From: a virus
Taxonomy: Duplodnaviria; Caudoviricetes
DNA length: 46,112 nucleotides
Direction: 5' to 3' (one strand)
IMG/VR virus record: IMGVR_UViG_3300022309_000010
Span: 1-46,112 of that record
Numbering within the stretch: the stretch's first letter is position 1; every line of letters starts with the position of its first letter. The translations under genes were made by a program, and so were the position numbers. This document shows positions 15,991-24,728 of this stretch, piece after piece. Below the pieces are notes generated by a model. That model saw only the letters and a list, made by a program, of their open reading frames with translations. It was not told the origin of the DNA and searched no databases.

Positions 15991-16815
15991 CTACATCGCG
16001 CCAACGATGTCATTATATTTAGCCATCACCGCTTTCATATCGTCCTGGCTCAACAAAGAGCTGGCCGTGGATAGCGCTGCATCGGCATCATCAAGATTCT
16101 TTGCAGATTCCAGCATTGACAGTGCTTCTTGTAGTGTAAATTCTGGCGATGTTTGATCGTCTGTTTTTGCCAAGTCTTTTGTGGTGACTTGATAAGTGCC
16201 AGAATCGTCAATTTCAGCATCGTAAGTATCCGCAATTTGATCCTCTGTTTGAAGGCCCATTGAAATTTCAGGCGCGACAGTATCAACCAGCCAAGCGGCG
16301 GCGCGATACATAAACATTTTTTCAGGCATTGTTTTCCATTTGCTGCCCGGCTTTTGGTCCCACTTCTCGCCACGCACTAGCGCCCATGTGATCCACGGTG
16401 ATTCCACTTTTGCGCCGGTAGATTTTTCTATTGCCCATGCTTTACATCCAAAGTCGTCGTTTTTTTCCGATCCTTTCCATTCATATCGGATAGATGAAAA
16501 TCGCCCACATTGATTGAATGACGCAATTAAAAACTTGGCTGACCAACCTGGCCGACCATGAACAACATATAAATTTTGCATCACCATCAAAGGCGAAGCG
16601 CCGACACGGTTTGCCATTTCCAACGCTATCACGCAGTTGGACAGGTTGTTTGTGTACTGAGCAGGAACCAGCGTAGACGCTGCCAGCATCTTTGCTTGTC
16701 GCTGCATTAGGGCAAACCCTGACTCACTGTTGAATCCAGGGATCACAGCGGCGCCATTCTGAGATGGCATTTTCTGCATTTGTGACAATGTAACTTGCTT
16801 AACTTCTTCGTTCAT
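15991..16815 (-). CDS. single-strand annealing protein (RecT/Beta-like)
   Basis: LVP.QY...NC.IALEMA.R.G.SPL.VMQNLYVVHGRP.W...W.TMPE.M..YRA; lies between the exonuclease and ssb. Confidence 0.8.
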   Translation of the reverse strand: MNEEVKQVTLSQMQKMPSQNGAAVIPGFNSESGFALMQRQAKMLAASTLVPAQYTNNLSNCVIALEMANRVGASPLMVMQNLYVVHGRPGWSAKFLIASFNQCGRFSSIRYEWKGSEKNDDFGCKAWAIEKSTGAKVESPWITWALVRGEKWDQKPGSKWKTMPEKMFMYRAAAWLVDTVAPEISMGLQTEDQIADTYDAEIDDSGTYQVTTKDLAKTDDQTSPEFTLQEALSMLESAKNLDDADAALSTASSLLSQDDMKAVMAKYNDIVGAM

Positions 16816-16830
16816 TTTCGTGTTCCTTTT

Positions 16831-17619
16831 TTATTTACGATAACTGCAAATATTGTATTTTGGGCAATACTGTTTGTGGCAAAGCATTGATTTAGGATTC
16901 CCCCAAAATACGCCAGAGTGAATTATTTTAGATGCTGTGTGTAATATTCCCGGAGAATCTTCGTCGCCAAGCAACACTTCCCTGGCGCCGTTTACTCTAC
17001 CCTTTCCTATTCGTTGCGCCGCGTCCGTTTTTGCGGTGTTTAGACCGATAATTTCAGCGTCGGCGGTTATGTTAACACCTGCACCAAATTCAGCAAGCAG
17101 CTCATAAACGCCAATTTGATACGCATGCCCTTTTGTGTTCACAGTGCCATCCGCACCAACCGCTTGCTTCCCTGTTTTAATATCGCGGATCCCGTATCCA
17201 TTTTCTGTTAGCTCTATTCTATCAGTAGTTCCTGTTAACGCAAGGCCCACATCAGTTATTTCTAGCCGGTCACACCTCACTTCAACTGCGTAATAATTTC
17301 GCTTTGGCGATTCAGTGCTGCAATATTTCTTGTGTAAGCTAACCGCGATTTTTTCCGCATCCTTTTGACTATCTTCGCCCCAGTCAACATCGTATTCAGG
17401 GTGATAGATAGCATCCACCGCAGCGCTAGCGGCGTCGTCAATCGTAATGCCGCTGCCATCTAGCGCGGACTGGTCAAAGACCGCCGTGCTAGCGTGTATG
17501 GCGGTTCCTAGTTGCGCCTTGCCATTGCTCGGCATGTACATATGGTTGATATTTTTTGCCTCCCACCTGGCCGGGCAATCAAACAGCTCACCTAGCGAAC
17601 TTGCTCTAATCGTGTACAT
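16831..17619 (-). CDS. PD-(D/E)xK exonuclease (RecB/Cas4-like, four Cys)
   Basis: DCP.RW, GTAIH, GTTD, DIKTG, Q...Y and C-terminal C...YC..Y..C. Confidence 0.85.
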   Translation of the reverse strand: MYTIRASSLGELFDCPARWEAKNINHMYMPSNGKAQLGTAIHASTAVFDQSALDGSGITIDDAASAAVDAIYHPEYDVDWGEDSQKDAEKIAVSLHKKYCSTESPKRNYYAVEVRCDRLEITDVGLALTGTTDRIELTENGYGIRDIKTGKQAVGADGTVNTKGHAYQIGVYELLAEFGAGVNITADAEIIGLNTAKTDAAQRIGKGRVNGAREVLLGDEDSPGILHTASKIIHSGVFWGNPKSMLCHKQYCPKYNICSYRK

Positions 17620-17627
17620 ACCATTCC

Positions 17628-17798
17628 TTAATATTTAACAAAGGCCTGATTCCAGCTCCTATTGGTCATCGATTCCCGGCAATAAAACGGCGAGCCTAAA
17701 ATCAAATTTATGTCATGCCGTCGTTTTACTTTTCCCCAAGACCTTTCCACTTTGTACCACTCAAAAAACTTCTTGATTATATCATGCGTCGCCTTCAT
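17628..17798 (-). CDS. 56-aa hypothetical protein (not in the ORF track)
   Basis: open frame MKATHDIIKKFFEW...FVKY* filling the operon gap. Confidence 0.45.
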   Translation of the reverse strand: MKATHDIIKKFFEWYKVERSWGKVKRRHDINLILGSPFYCRESMTNRSWNQAFVKY

Positions 17799-18045
17799 CT
17801 TCGCCCATCCTTATCATCATTATATCAATCAAAAATTGTAGCTCGTCGTAGATTCCCTTTTTGCCCATGATCCCAAACGATTCTTTTGCACCCGATAAAA
17901 TATCAATCACTGACAAAGCATAGCCACGGTCAATGTATGATATGGGCCACCATAATTTAGTGATACAAAAGACTAGGCCGCTGTAGTCTTCGATACCCGT
18001 ATCTATTTTTGCATGATCCGTTATTTTGATTATTTTCGCGCACAT
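17782..18045 (-). CDS. hypothetical protein
   Basis: operon packing. Confidence 0.6.
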   Translation of the reverse strand: MCAKIIKITDHAKIDTGIEDYSGLVFCITKLWWPISYIDRGYALSVIDILSGAKESFGIMGKKGIYDELQFLIDIMMIRMGEDEGDA

Positions 18046-18046
18046 A

Positions 18047-18418
18047 TTAACCGGCCTGATCAGTCAAAAAAATATACCGCGTTTCCCGTTCGATTCTTTC
18101 GCTTTCCCTTGCGTGGTCTTGTATAAATTCCAGCAGCTCCACTTCTACATTAAATTCAACATGCGCCAACAACCTTGCGCGCAAATACTTCCCAAGCGCT
18201 TCATCATTACCCATGCGCATATGGCATGATATTTCTTTTGCTTCATCCTCGCAAATGTTTTCTAGCTGGTCCCATGCGTCGCGCATTATTTCATGATCGC
18301 TCAAATATTTTAGCAATATGCGCTGGCGTTCGTTTTCAATTTCACGGGGTGACGGGTAATTCATTTTGTGTTGCCTTTGCTTGTTAAGCGCTTCGTTTTT
18401 TACAACGGCCATCTTCAA
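18047..18418 (-). CDS. hypothetical protein
   Basis: operon packing; start codon uncertain. Confidence 0.6.
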   Translation of the reverse strand: MKMAVVKNEALNKQRQHKMNYPSPREIENERQRILLKYLSDHEIMRDAWDQLENICEDEAKEISCHMRMGNDEALGKYLRARLLAHVEFNVEVELLEFIQDHARESERIERETRYIFLTDQAG

Positions 18419-18809
18419 CGACTTTCGGGAAAAATTTATGGCTCCCTATTTTGATGTAGTTTTTAGATGTCCAGCACGGTGAGACGTAATCAGCATGGTA
18501 ATGCAAGCTGCCCATAGTTACATCCATTTTTTCGGCCATTTTTAAAAAAACAAACTGGGCCGCAATGCGCCGCGAATCGTCCCAAGCTGCGCGGTCGAAT
18601 TTGTTTGTAATTTTTGGGAGCGAATGTTTTTTCTCTTTGAAATAAGAGAATTGGTTTTTTTCTGAGATAACGGCGCAAATATCAGACGGATAGCGCCCGG
18701 ACTTAACGCGGTTCATCACGACGTTAGCCACAGCTATTTTCCCAATTTCAGGCTGATTGCCTGCTTCGTAAAAAATAGCTAAGGCTAGACACATAAAGCT
18801 AGATAACAT
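18384..18809 (-). CDS. cell wall hydrolase, SleB/Hydrolase_2 family
   Basis: CLALAIFYEA, AVANVVMNRV, YP..IC.V....QFS, IGSH.F. Confidence 0.9.
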   Translation of the reverse strand: MLSSFMCLALAIFYEAGNQPEIGKIAVANVVMNRVKSGRYPSDICAVISEKNQFSYFKEKKHSLPKITNKFDRAAWDDSRRIAAQFVFLKMAEKMDVTMGSLHYHADYVSPCWTSKNYIKIGSHKFFPKVVEDGRCKKRSA

Positions 18810-18974
18810 GATCCCCCCCTTGATTTGACTACTCTTTTTTGCCTGCCTTAAGCGTTTCTTAATGTTGTTAGTGCTGGCAGACTTAATAAATCTTAACTTT
18901 TGAATGAATAGGCAGCGCCAGAATGATGGCGCTTACATGCTAAAAAAACTTTGTTAGAAAGTTAATGTAATCCG

Positions 18975-19024
18975 TTGCGTTGTTGGCATTAGGTAATTAA
19001 ACTAGATAAACAAACTAAAGTCAA
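18975..19024. promoter_or_regulatory. overlapping divergent sigma70-like promoters (PR/PL-like)
   Basis: + strand TTGCGT-17-TAAACT (18975-19003); - strand TTGACT-17-TTTAAT (19024-18996). Confidence 0.55.
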
Positions 19025-19041
19025 CACAGGCAGGAAAATAG

Positions 19042-19239
19042 ATGCGTGTAACGAAAAAAAGTGAAGCGGTGAAGTTGTTCGGAAGCATAAAAGAAATGTC
19101 AGACGCGGTTGGCGTTAGCCCGTCGGCTATCAGTCAGTGGTCGGAAGATTTGTCGAGAGCGAAACAAGATCGCGTTGAAATGGCACTGCTAAGACGACAA
19201 GCGAGGATCCAGCTTGAGGCAATAGCCAACGGCAAATAA
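19042..19239 (+). CDS. Cro-like HTH transcriptional regulator
   Basis: AVKLFGS...MSDAVGVSPSAISQW. Confidence 0.88.
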   Translation: MRVTKKSEAVKLFGSIKEMSDAVGVSPSAISQWSEDLSRAKQDRVEMALLRRQARIQLEAIANGK

Positions 19240-19243
19240 AAAA

Positions 19244-19269
19244 CGCGCCGGAGGAGAGTGACCGGCGCG
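19244..19269. terminator. GC-rich hairpin after cro (A-tract on the left, so a - strand terminator or a regulatory hairpin)
   Basis: CGCGCCGG-AGGAGAGTGA-CCGGCGCG preceded by AAAAAA. Confidence 0.5.
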
Positions 19270-19453
19270 CGAGGCTTCATGAGGAGTTTTAAGAAAGCCA
19301 ATGATACACAATCAATCTATTTATGTATAGACCAGCGCAAAATAATAACAACAATTCGCTAATTAACGAGGATGACATGAATCACTTTCACTCACGCACG
19401 GGGGAATTTTATGAGTAAACGGACCCCAATATCAAAGGCAAAAGGTGCTAACC

Positions 19454-20365
19454 ATGGCCAGAATTAGGACCGTCAAACCCGAGCTTTTTAGGCACGCCGA
19501 ACTGTACGAATTAGAGCAAGAGACCGGGCTTCCGGTCCGACTTTGCTTCATTGCACTATTCACTTGCTGTGACAAAGAAGGCCGATTTAAGTGGCGGCCA
19601 AAGGAGCTGAAATTGGACTGCTTGCCCTACGATGAAATAGACTTTTCACGCGTGCTCGACGCGTTGGCCGCGCGTGGCTTTCTCGTGAAGTACGCGTGGC
19701 GCGGTTCCCTTTTCGGGTGTATTCCGACCTTCCAACGTCACCAAATCATCAACAACAAGGAAAAAAACAGCATCTTGCCTGCTTTTACATCGGAAGATGC
19801 TCAACTCGTTGAAATCCAAGAAGATTCCACGCGTGCCTCACGCGTGCCTCACGCGTGCCTAACGCCACTTGGAAAAGGCAAAGGGGAAGGGAAGGGAAAG
19901 GAAGGGAAGGGAAAGGAAGGGGAACGGGAAGAGTCGCGTGACGCTCCCGTGACGGAAAATAAATTTTCCGCCGCCGACTTGGAAACCGCTGAATGGATTT
20001 ACGAGCGGTTGAAAACAATCAACCCGAACCACAAGCCGCCGTCGTTCCCGTCGTGGGCATCGGACATTAGGCTTATGCGAGAACGCGACAGCCGGAAAGA
20101 CGAAGACATTCGGGCTATATTCGCGTGGGCTAATGCCGACCAGTTTTGGCAAGCAAATATCCTCAGTCCAAAAAAATTACGCGAGAAATGGGACACACTT
20201 ATCCTGCAAAAAAACAGGAGGCCAGTTAACCGGCCCGAAACCCCGGAAGAGATCGACGCCCGGTTGACCGCATGGGCTAACGGCGACGATGGAAGCCAGC
20301 AGGGGATAACTATCGACAGCGAGGCCGTGAAAGAAGGCCTGTATGAACTTTGGGGGAGGGCGTGA
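19454..20365 (+). CDS. phage replication initiator protein (O-like)
   Basis: MARIRTVKPE N-terminus; low-complexity GKGKEG linker; C-terminal FWQANILSPKKLREKWDTL. Confidence 0.85.
   Translation: MARIRTVKPELFRHAELYELEQETGLPVRLCFIALFTCCDKEGRFKWRPKELKLDCLPYDEIDFSRVLDALAARGFLVKYAWRGSLFGCIPTFQRHQIINNKEKNSILPAFTSEDAQLVEIQEDSTRASRVPHACLTPLGKGKGEGKGKEGKGKEGEREESRDAPVTENKFSAADLETAEWIYERLKTINPNHKPPSFPSWASDIRLMRERDSRKDEDIRAIFAWANADQFWQANILSPKKLREKWDTLILQKNRRPVNRPETPEEIDARLTAWANGDDGSQQGITIDSEAVKEGLYELWGRA
19828..19933. repeat. putative replication origin: 3 x 11-bp iterons plus a purine tract
   Basis: CACGCGTGCCT x3 at 19828-19860, then a G/A-rich tract at 19871-19933, inside the initiator gene. Confidence 0.7.
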
Positions 20366-21105
20366 GCATGAATATGAAAACAAAACGAGATTTTGCGGAC
20401 GAATTAAAACTTAGCTACGCGATGCGCGGAAAAGTTCCGCCGACAGCGGCTGTGCTTAGCCGGTGGTGGGAACTCATCGGACATTACCCGGTGGATTTAA
20501 TTATCGCCGCGATCAAAGAGCACGACCGCGTAAGCCAATACGCGGCACAACCGGCGGACATTATCAAGCTGCTCGACACCATGGACGGCAGGCCCGGACC
20601 AGAAGAGGCTTGGGGCCTAGTTTTAAAATCCGCTGACGAGCTGGAGACGGTGGTATGGACGGATGAAATACTCGAGGCAAGATCCGCGTGTGAAAACCAA
20701 CTTTTAGCCGGTGACACGATAGCGGCGCGTAAAGCCTTCCTCGAGAAGTACGAAAAAACCGTAGCAGAAGCGCGCAGAGCGTTTAAACGCGCTAGGTGGC
20801 TACCTTCGTATGGGGCGTGCGTAGATCGTCGCGCTAGCGCAATCTCACGCGCAATTGCGACAGGAAAATTAAAACACGAACCGGCAGGGCTGATGCTTGA
20901 GAACAGAAGCCAGACTTTGGCAGCGCTCACGGATCAATCAAAAACAGCGCCCGAGCAAGCAAAAAAAGCTATCAGCCAGTTGCGTGAAATTTTGGACAAG
21001 ACGAAAAAAATGCAGCGCGAGCAGGCGGAAAAGGATAGAATTGATAAAGAAAACTTAATTAAGGAACTTGAAGCAAGAGAGCGGACCGGAATTAAGATAA
21101 CTTAA
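20362..21105 (+). CDS. replication-associated protein (helicase loader/inhibitor-like)
   Basis: follows the initiator with a GTGA overlap; WW.L...Y...P.DII...DGRPGPEEAW. Confidence 0.65.
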   Translation: MSMNMKTKRDFADELKLSYAMRGKVPPTAAVLSRWWELIGHYPVDLIIAAIKEHDRVSQYAAQPADIIKLLDTMDGRPGPEEAWGLVLKSADELETVVWTDEILEARSACENQLLAGDTIAARKAFLEKYEKTVAEARRAFKRARWLPSYGACVDRRASAISRAIATGKLKHEPAGLMLENRSQTLAALTDQSKTAPEQAKKAISQLREILDKTKKMQREQAEKDRIDKENLIKELEARERTGIKIT

Positions 21106-21140
21106 TCGCAATGTTAGAAAACTAATGTGACGGAGGGTAA

Positions 21141-21374
21141 ATGAGTAAGCACCAAATTTTACACAAAGAACCGGCCAATGACGATGATGCGGACATTGTT
21201 AAAACTACTCACGAAAGGGTACGATATGATTCTTTCAGCGAAACTTTTATAGTCGACCTTGGCCGAAGCTGTTGGGCCGAAGTTTACGGAAAAAACAGGC
21301 TGGCAAGGGCGGTTGATATTGCCGAAAAATGTTTTCTTGTAAACGAAAAATTAACGGCGAGAAAGGGGAAATAA
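21141..21374 (+). CDS. hypothetical protein
   Basis: GGAGG RBS. Confidence 0.7.
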   Translation: MSKHQILHKEPANDDDADIVKTTHERVRYDSFSETFIVDLGRSCWAEVYGKNRLARAVDIAEKCFLVNEKLTARKGK

Positions 21375-21375
21375 A

Positions 21376-21648
21376 ATGAGTGACGTAGGTTGCCCGTATT
21401 GTGGGGAAGATCAAGAAATAAATCATGATGACGGGTATGGATATGATGAAGATAAATGTCATGAACAAGAGTGCGTGAGCTGTGGCAAGAAATTCAAATT
21501 TACCATTCAGATAAGTTGTTATTACGAAGTTTTTTGTCAAGACGGGGATCATGATCTTGAGCAATCATCTAGAAATAAATACATATGGCGGTGCAATAAC
21601 TGCGACTGCCTTGAAATAAGGGGCTTAAAAAATGACAGTGAAGCATGA
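21376..21648 (+). CDS. zinc-ribbon hypothetical protein
   Basis: CPYC...CVSC...CNNC. Confidence 0.75.
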   Translation: MSDVGCPYCGEDQEINHDDGYGYDEDKCHEQECVSCGKKFKFTIQISCYYEVFCQDGDHDLEQSSRNKYIWRCNNCDCLEIRGLKNDSEA

Positions 21649-21716
21649 AAAAATAATCAAGCGCGAAAATGGGATCCGGGTGAAGATTGAGGTGCAAGCC
21701 GATACGAGGAAGCGGA

Positions 21717-22010
21717 ATGATCGACATTCAATTCGATAAAATTATTCGCGGTGCGCAAGTGACAATATTCGCAAATCATTTCGTTGAAGATAAATCGGTT
21801 GGATTGTTGTTTCGCCCCGATGAAATTTGGGCAGAAACTATGGACGGTGTTGATTTTCCGTTAACAAGTGAAGAGGTTGATTTATTTAGCGAAGAAGCCG
21901 CCGAGTTATTCCGCAATCGAATTATTGCGAAGGCTCAGGAAAGGTACAAAACTTTAGTAGATAAACAATGGAGCGAAGAATGGGCAACATCGAATTGGTG
22001 GATAACGTAA
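21717..22010 (+). CDS. hypothetical protein
   Basis: ATG after GAGG; start codon uncertain. Confidence 0.55.
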   Translation: MIDIQFDKIIRGAQVTIFANHFVEDKSVGLLFRPDEIWAETMDGVDFPLTSEEVDLFSEEAAELFRNRIIAKAQERYKTLVDKQWSEEWATSNWWIT

Positions 22011-22174
22011 TGCTAACGGCGGTTTATTTTTTTCTGATGACTGTTGTAGCGATATCAGTTTGCCCGAAAGATCCTGACAGAGTTAGCGATATGATCAAAA
22101 TCCCGCTGGTAGTTTTGTTTTTATTATCGGCAATCGTCCTAACAATTCTTATCCCGGTGCGGATATGGATGTGA
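22010..22174 (+). CDS. small two-TM membrane protein
   Basis: TAATG coupling; two hydrophobic segments. Confidence 0.55.
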   Translation: MLTAVYFFLMTVVAISVCPKDPDRVSDMIKIPLVVLFLLSAIVLTILIPVRIWM

Positions 22175-22250
22175 CAGAAAATAAATAATGACTACACCGC
22201 CGCAACAAGCTAATCTAGGTATGCGGCACAACTATTTTAACGGGGGGATT

Positions 22251-22499
22251 ATGCCTATAATTGACTTTAACCAATGCTGGACGACAAAAGACGAGATTAA
22301 ATTTCTCAACTATATGGCAAGCGAAGACAGCCGAGGAGAGAACAGGGGCGCACCGTCAATCGCGCAACGAAAGGAAAAAATAAAATCGTGGATGATAAAT
22401 AAAGATTCGCGAAAGTGGGTTGGAAGTGTCGATGTCAAGAAGTGTAACGACCACGCCATCATGCTGTTGGTGTCGTTGGCTATGCATGGGAAGAGGTGA
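22251..22499 (+). CDS. hypothetical protein
   Basis: G-rich RBS before ATG at 22251. Confidence 0.6.
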   Translation: MPIIDFNQCWTTKDEIKFLNYMASEDSRGENRGAPSIAQRKEKIKSWMINKDSRKWVGSVDVKKCNDHAIMLLVSLAMHGKR

Positions 22500-22502
22500 T
22501 TC

Positions 22503-22874
22503 ATGTCCGCACTAAGAACCCCAAGAGACAGCTACAAATTAACCGCGCCCGTTTGCGCTAGTTGCAGGCACCTGATAAAAGTTAGGGACCAGGAAGAAAA
22601 GAAAATCCGGCATGTGTGCGGGTATCATAATGCAATGCTTGTAAACAGAGAGTTCGGAACTTGCGGATGGCACACCAAGCTGAGTCCTCGAAGCCGGCGC
22701 AAGGTGACGTATGGCAGGGAATATGATCAAGCCGACCAATCGCCGCCAACTCTTAACGTCAAAGGCGGAATCGACATTGATGGGAAGCCATTCATCGACT
22801 TTTCCGACAGAGAAACCGCGCAAGATTTTCTTGATCAAGCGGAAAAATTTGAAAATATTAAAATTGAGAAATAG
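22503..22874 (+). CDS. hypothetical protein with Cys/His cluster
   Basis: CASCRH...C..H...C.WH; GAGG RBS. Confidence 0.65.
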   Translation: MSALRTPRDSYKLTAPVCASCRHLIKVRDQEEKKIRHVCGYHNAMLVNREFGTCGWHTKLSPRSRRKVTYGREYDQADQSPPTLNVKGGIDIDGKPFIDFSDRETAQDFLDQAEKFENIKIEK

Positions 22875-22932
22875 GACATAGAATGACAGAATATCATGAC
22901 AAATATAAACAACATGCAACGGAGGATTGGAA

Positions 22933-23115
22933 ATGGCCGAAGGTAAAGAAATGATTGACCGCGAGATAGCGGAATATAGATACAAAATAAAAACAACAGA
23001 GGAATACATTGCAAAGTTTAAGAGCGAATTAAAAGAGTGCGAGGCAGAAAAAGCGCGCTACTTGAAAGAAAATGAATATTACAGGGAAATGCTGCGTAGA
23101 CTGTTAGGCGTATAA
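22933..23115 (+). CDS. small coiled-coil protein
   Basis: GGAGG RBS. Confidence 0.6.
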   Translation: MAEGKEMIDREIAEYRYKIKTTEEYIAKFKSELKECEAEKARYLKENEYYREMLRRLLGV

Positions 23116-23152
23116 CAGAGGATATGCGGGATGACCGTGAAGAGGATATCGG

Positions 23153-23371
23153 ATGGAAAATTATTATTGGGATACTGAAGCGCCACACGCGAACAATCAG
23201 ACAACGATGTGCGACTGGATTGATAATCACAACTCATCGCTAGAAATAACTTTTGTCGATGGAACCTATGCCGAAGGAATTGATGTAAACGGCACTAAGT
23301 GGGGAATTCACGCAAGAGGGAGCGGTGGGTTTAACTTACATTGCGTTGAATTTGTAGAGATTGTCGAATAA
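23153..23371 (+). CDS. hypothetical protein
   Basis: GAGGA RBS. Confidence 0.7.
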   Translation: MENYYWDTEAPHANNQTTMCDWIDNHNSSLEITFVDGTYAEGIDVNGTKWGIHARGSGGFNLHCVEFVEIVE

Positions 23372-23392
23372 ATTAAACGCACGGAGCAAGCA

Positions 23393-23731
23393 ATGAAACT
23401 CGAAACGCTATCCACCATTCTTGCTCAAACAAAAATAAAAAAAGGCGGTCGAGCTGAAAGGGCCGCTGTTCTTTATTTTGTCGAAGGGCAAAAGAGCAAA
23501 ACTAAAATTGCGAAAGAGATTGGCACGTCGCTGGCGTTTGTGTCAAAGACAATAAAAAACATTATCGCAGCGCATAAAAACATGAAGCGAGTGCCGATGA
23601 ACTATGTGCCGTACACTATTTTTTTACCCGATGACGACGAAATAAAAAGGCAAGTTGAGAATTTTGCAGCTATAATAATCAAGATGCGAGAGGTTGAGAT
23701 TATTAGGGGGGGTGGAAATGCAAAAATTTAA
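23393..23731 (+). CDS. HTH DNA-binding protein (possible late-gene regulator)
   Basis: AAVLYFVEGQKSKTKIAKEIGTSLAFVSKTI. Confidence 0.7.
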   Translation: MKLETLSTILAQTKIKKGGRAERAAVLYFVEGQKSKTKIAKEIGTSLAFVSKTIKNIIAAHKNMKRVPMNYVPYTIFLPDDDEIKRQVENFAAIIIKMREVEIIRGGGNAKI

Positions 23732-23850
23732 TAAAGGCGACCATGTGTGGGGTGCAAAAGATTTGGGGCAAAAGAGAATAAAGAATTGAACGTGATATCA
23801 TAATCAACACGCCCGGCACCTCTGCACTTTGTGTACGTGTCGGCTTTCTC

Positions 23851-24123
23851 TTGATGAAATTGGTGGAAAATATTGGATCAAACAAAATGAAATGGCAACA
23901 ACCAGAAACAGCGCCGAGAGATGGCGGCGTGTTTATAGCAGATTTTGGCATTCCATGGCCGGTGATGGCTTGCTGGAATAAACTAGAACAGAAATATGCT
24001 TACTCTTTTTTACAGACTTGTTGGGTTGGTGTAAACGAAGACCTGTATTTTGAGAGTGAGCTAGCGGATGTTTCAGAGATGAAGCGGTGGATTTCTTTAG
24101 ATGACTTTTGGTGTGACAAATGA
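23851..24123 (+). CDS. phage hypothetical protein (WQP.ETAP.DG type)
   Basis: MKWQQPETAPRDG; probable start at 23887. Confidence 0.65.
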   Translation: MMKLVENIGSNKMKWQQPETAPRDGGVFIADFGIPWPVMACWNKLEQKYAYSFLQTCWVGVNEDLYFESELADVSEMKRWISLDDFWCDK

Positions 24124-24323
24124 CAGAATCAATTTGCATGGGCGATATAATGCCAACTAATGAATGTGGCCGGTGCGAGAAGTGCGAAGATCAAAAGCTT
24201 ACCGCCGATGAATTTAACGTATCTGCCTACGGAATCCACTACGTTAAGCTAAGCGGCGAGGATATAAAAAAAGCGGTCCAGCTTGTCGATAATGACAAAG
24301 CTGGACGTGAAGATGAAAAATAA
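24120..24323 (+). CDS. hypothetical protein
   Basis: ATGA overlap; CGRCEKC. Confidence 0.55.
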   Translation: MTESICMGDIMPTNECGRCEKCEDQKLTADEFNVSAYGIHYVKLSGEDIKKAVQLVDNDKAGREDEK

Positions 24324-24728
24324 TTATTCATCCATTTTTATTCCGCAAGCGGAAATTATTTGATCAAGGCCTTGTTCAACAACGGCGACGGTTGATTCTT
24401 CGCTTCCAAGTTTATTACGCAGCGCTTCCACCGATTCTTTTTGGTTCTCGATTGTGATCAAAGCCATTTTAAGAAGCCCGATTAATTTGAGCGTTATGCC
24501 TCGCTCGTCCTTGAGCGCTTGCTTGTATTGCTCCACCAGGTTCATGGCCTCGTCCGTTAGATCAACGTGATTAGCAAGCGGCGCACCATCAATAAACGAT
24601 GCTAGATTTACGTTTCTAATGCGCCTCACTTTTTCTAGCTCCGCCTCATAGATGTCGAAACCAATTTCTACGCCTTGCGCTAACAAGCCAGCGGTGTACG
24701 GGTTTTTTGGTCTGTTCATTATTTCCAA
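24324..24728 (-). CDS. hypothetical coiled-coil protein
   Basis: last gene of the leftward cluster. Confidence 0.65.
   Translation of the reverse strand: MEIMNRPKNPYTAGLLAQGVEIGFDIYEAELEKVRRIRNVNLASFIDGAPLANHVDLTDEAMNLVEQYKQALKDERGITLKLIGLLKMALITIENQKESVEALRNKLGSEESTVAVVEQGLDQIISACGIKMDE

Noticed and set aside
16831-17619. Cas4-like nuclease as a sign of a CRISPR-Cas system
   Set aside because: There is no array or other cas gene; its position beside the annealing protein and ssb fits a recombination exonuclease.
22198-22232. GCCGCA...TGCGGC hairpin with CAAC ends, resembling an attC remnant
   Set aside because: Spacing and bulges do not fit attC or the mini-site geometry, and there is no complementary cassette end.
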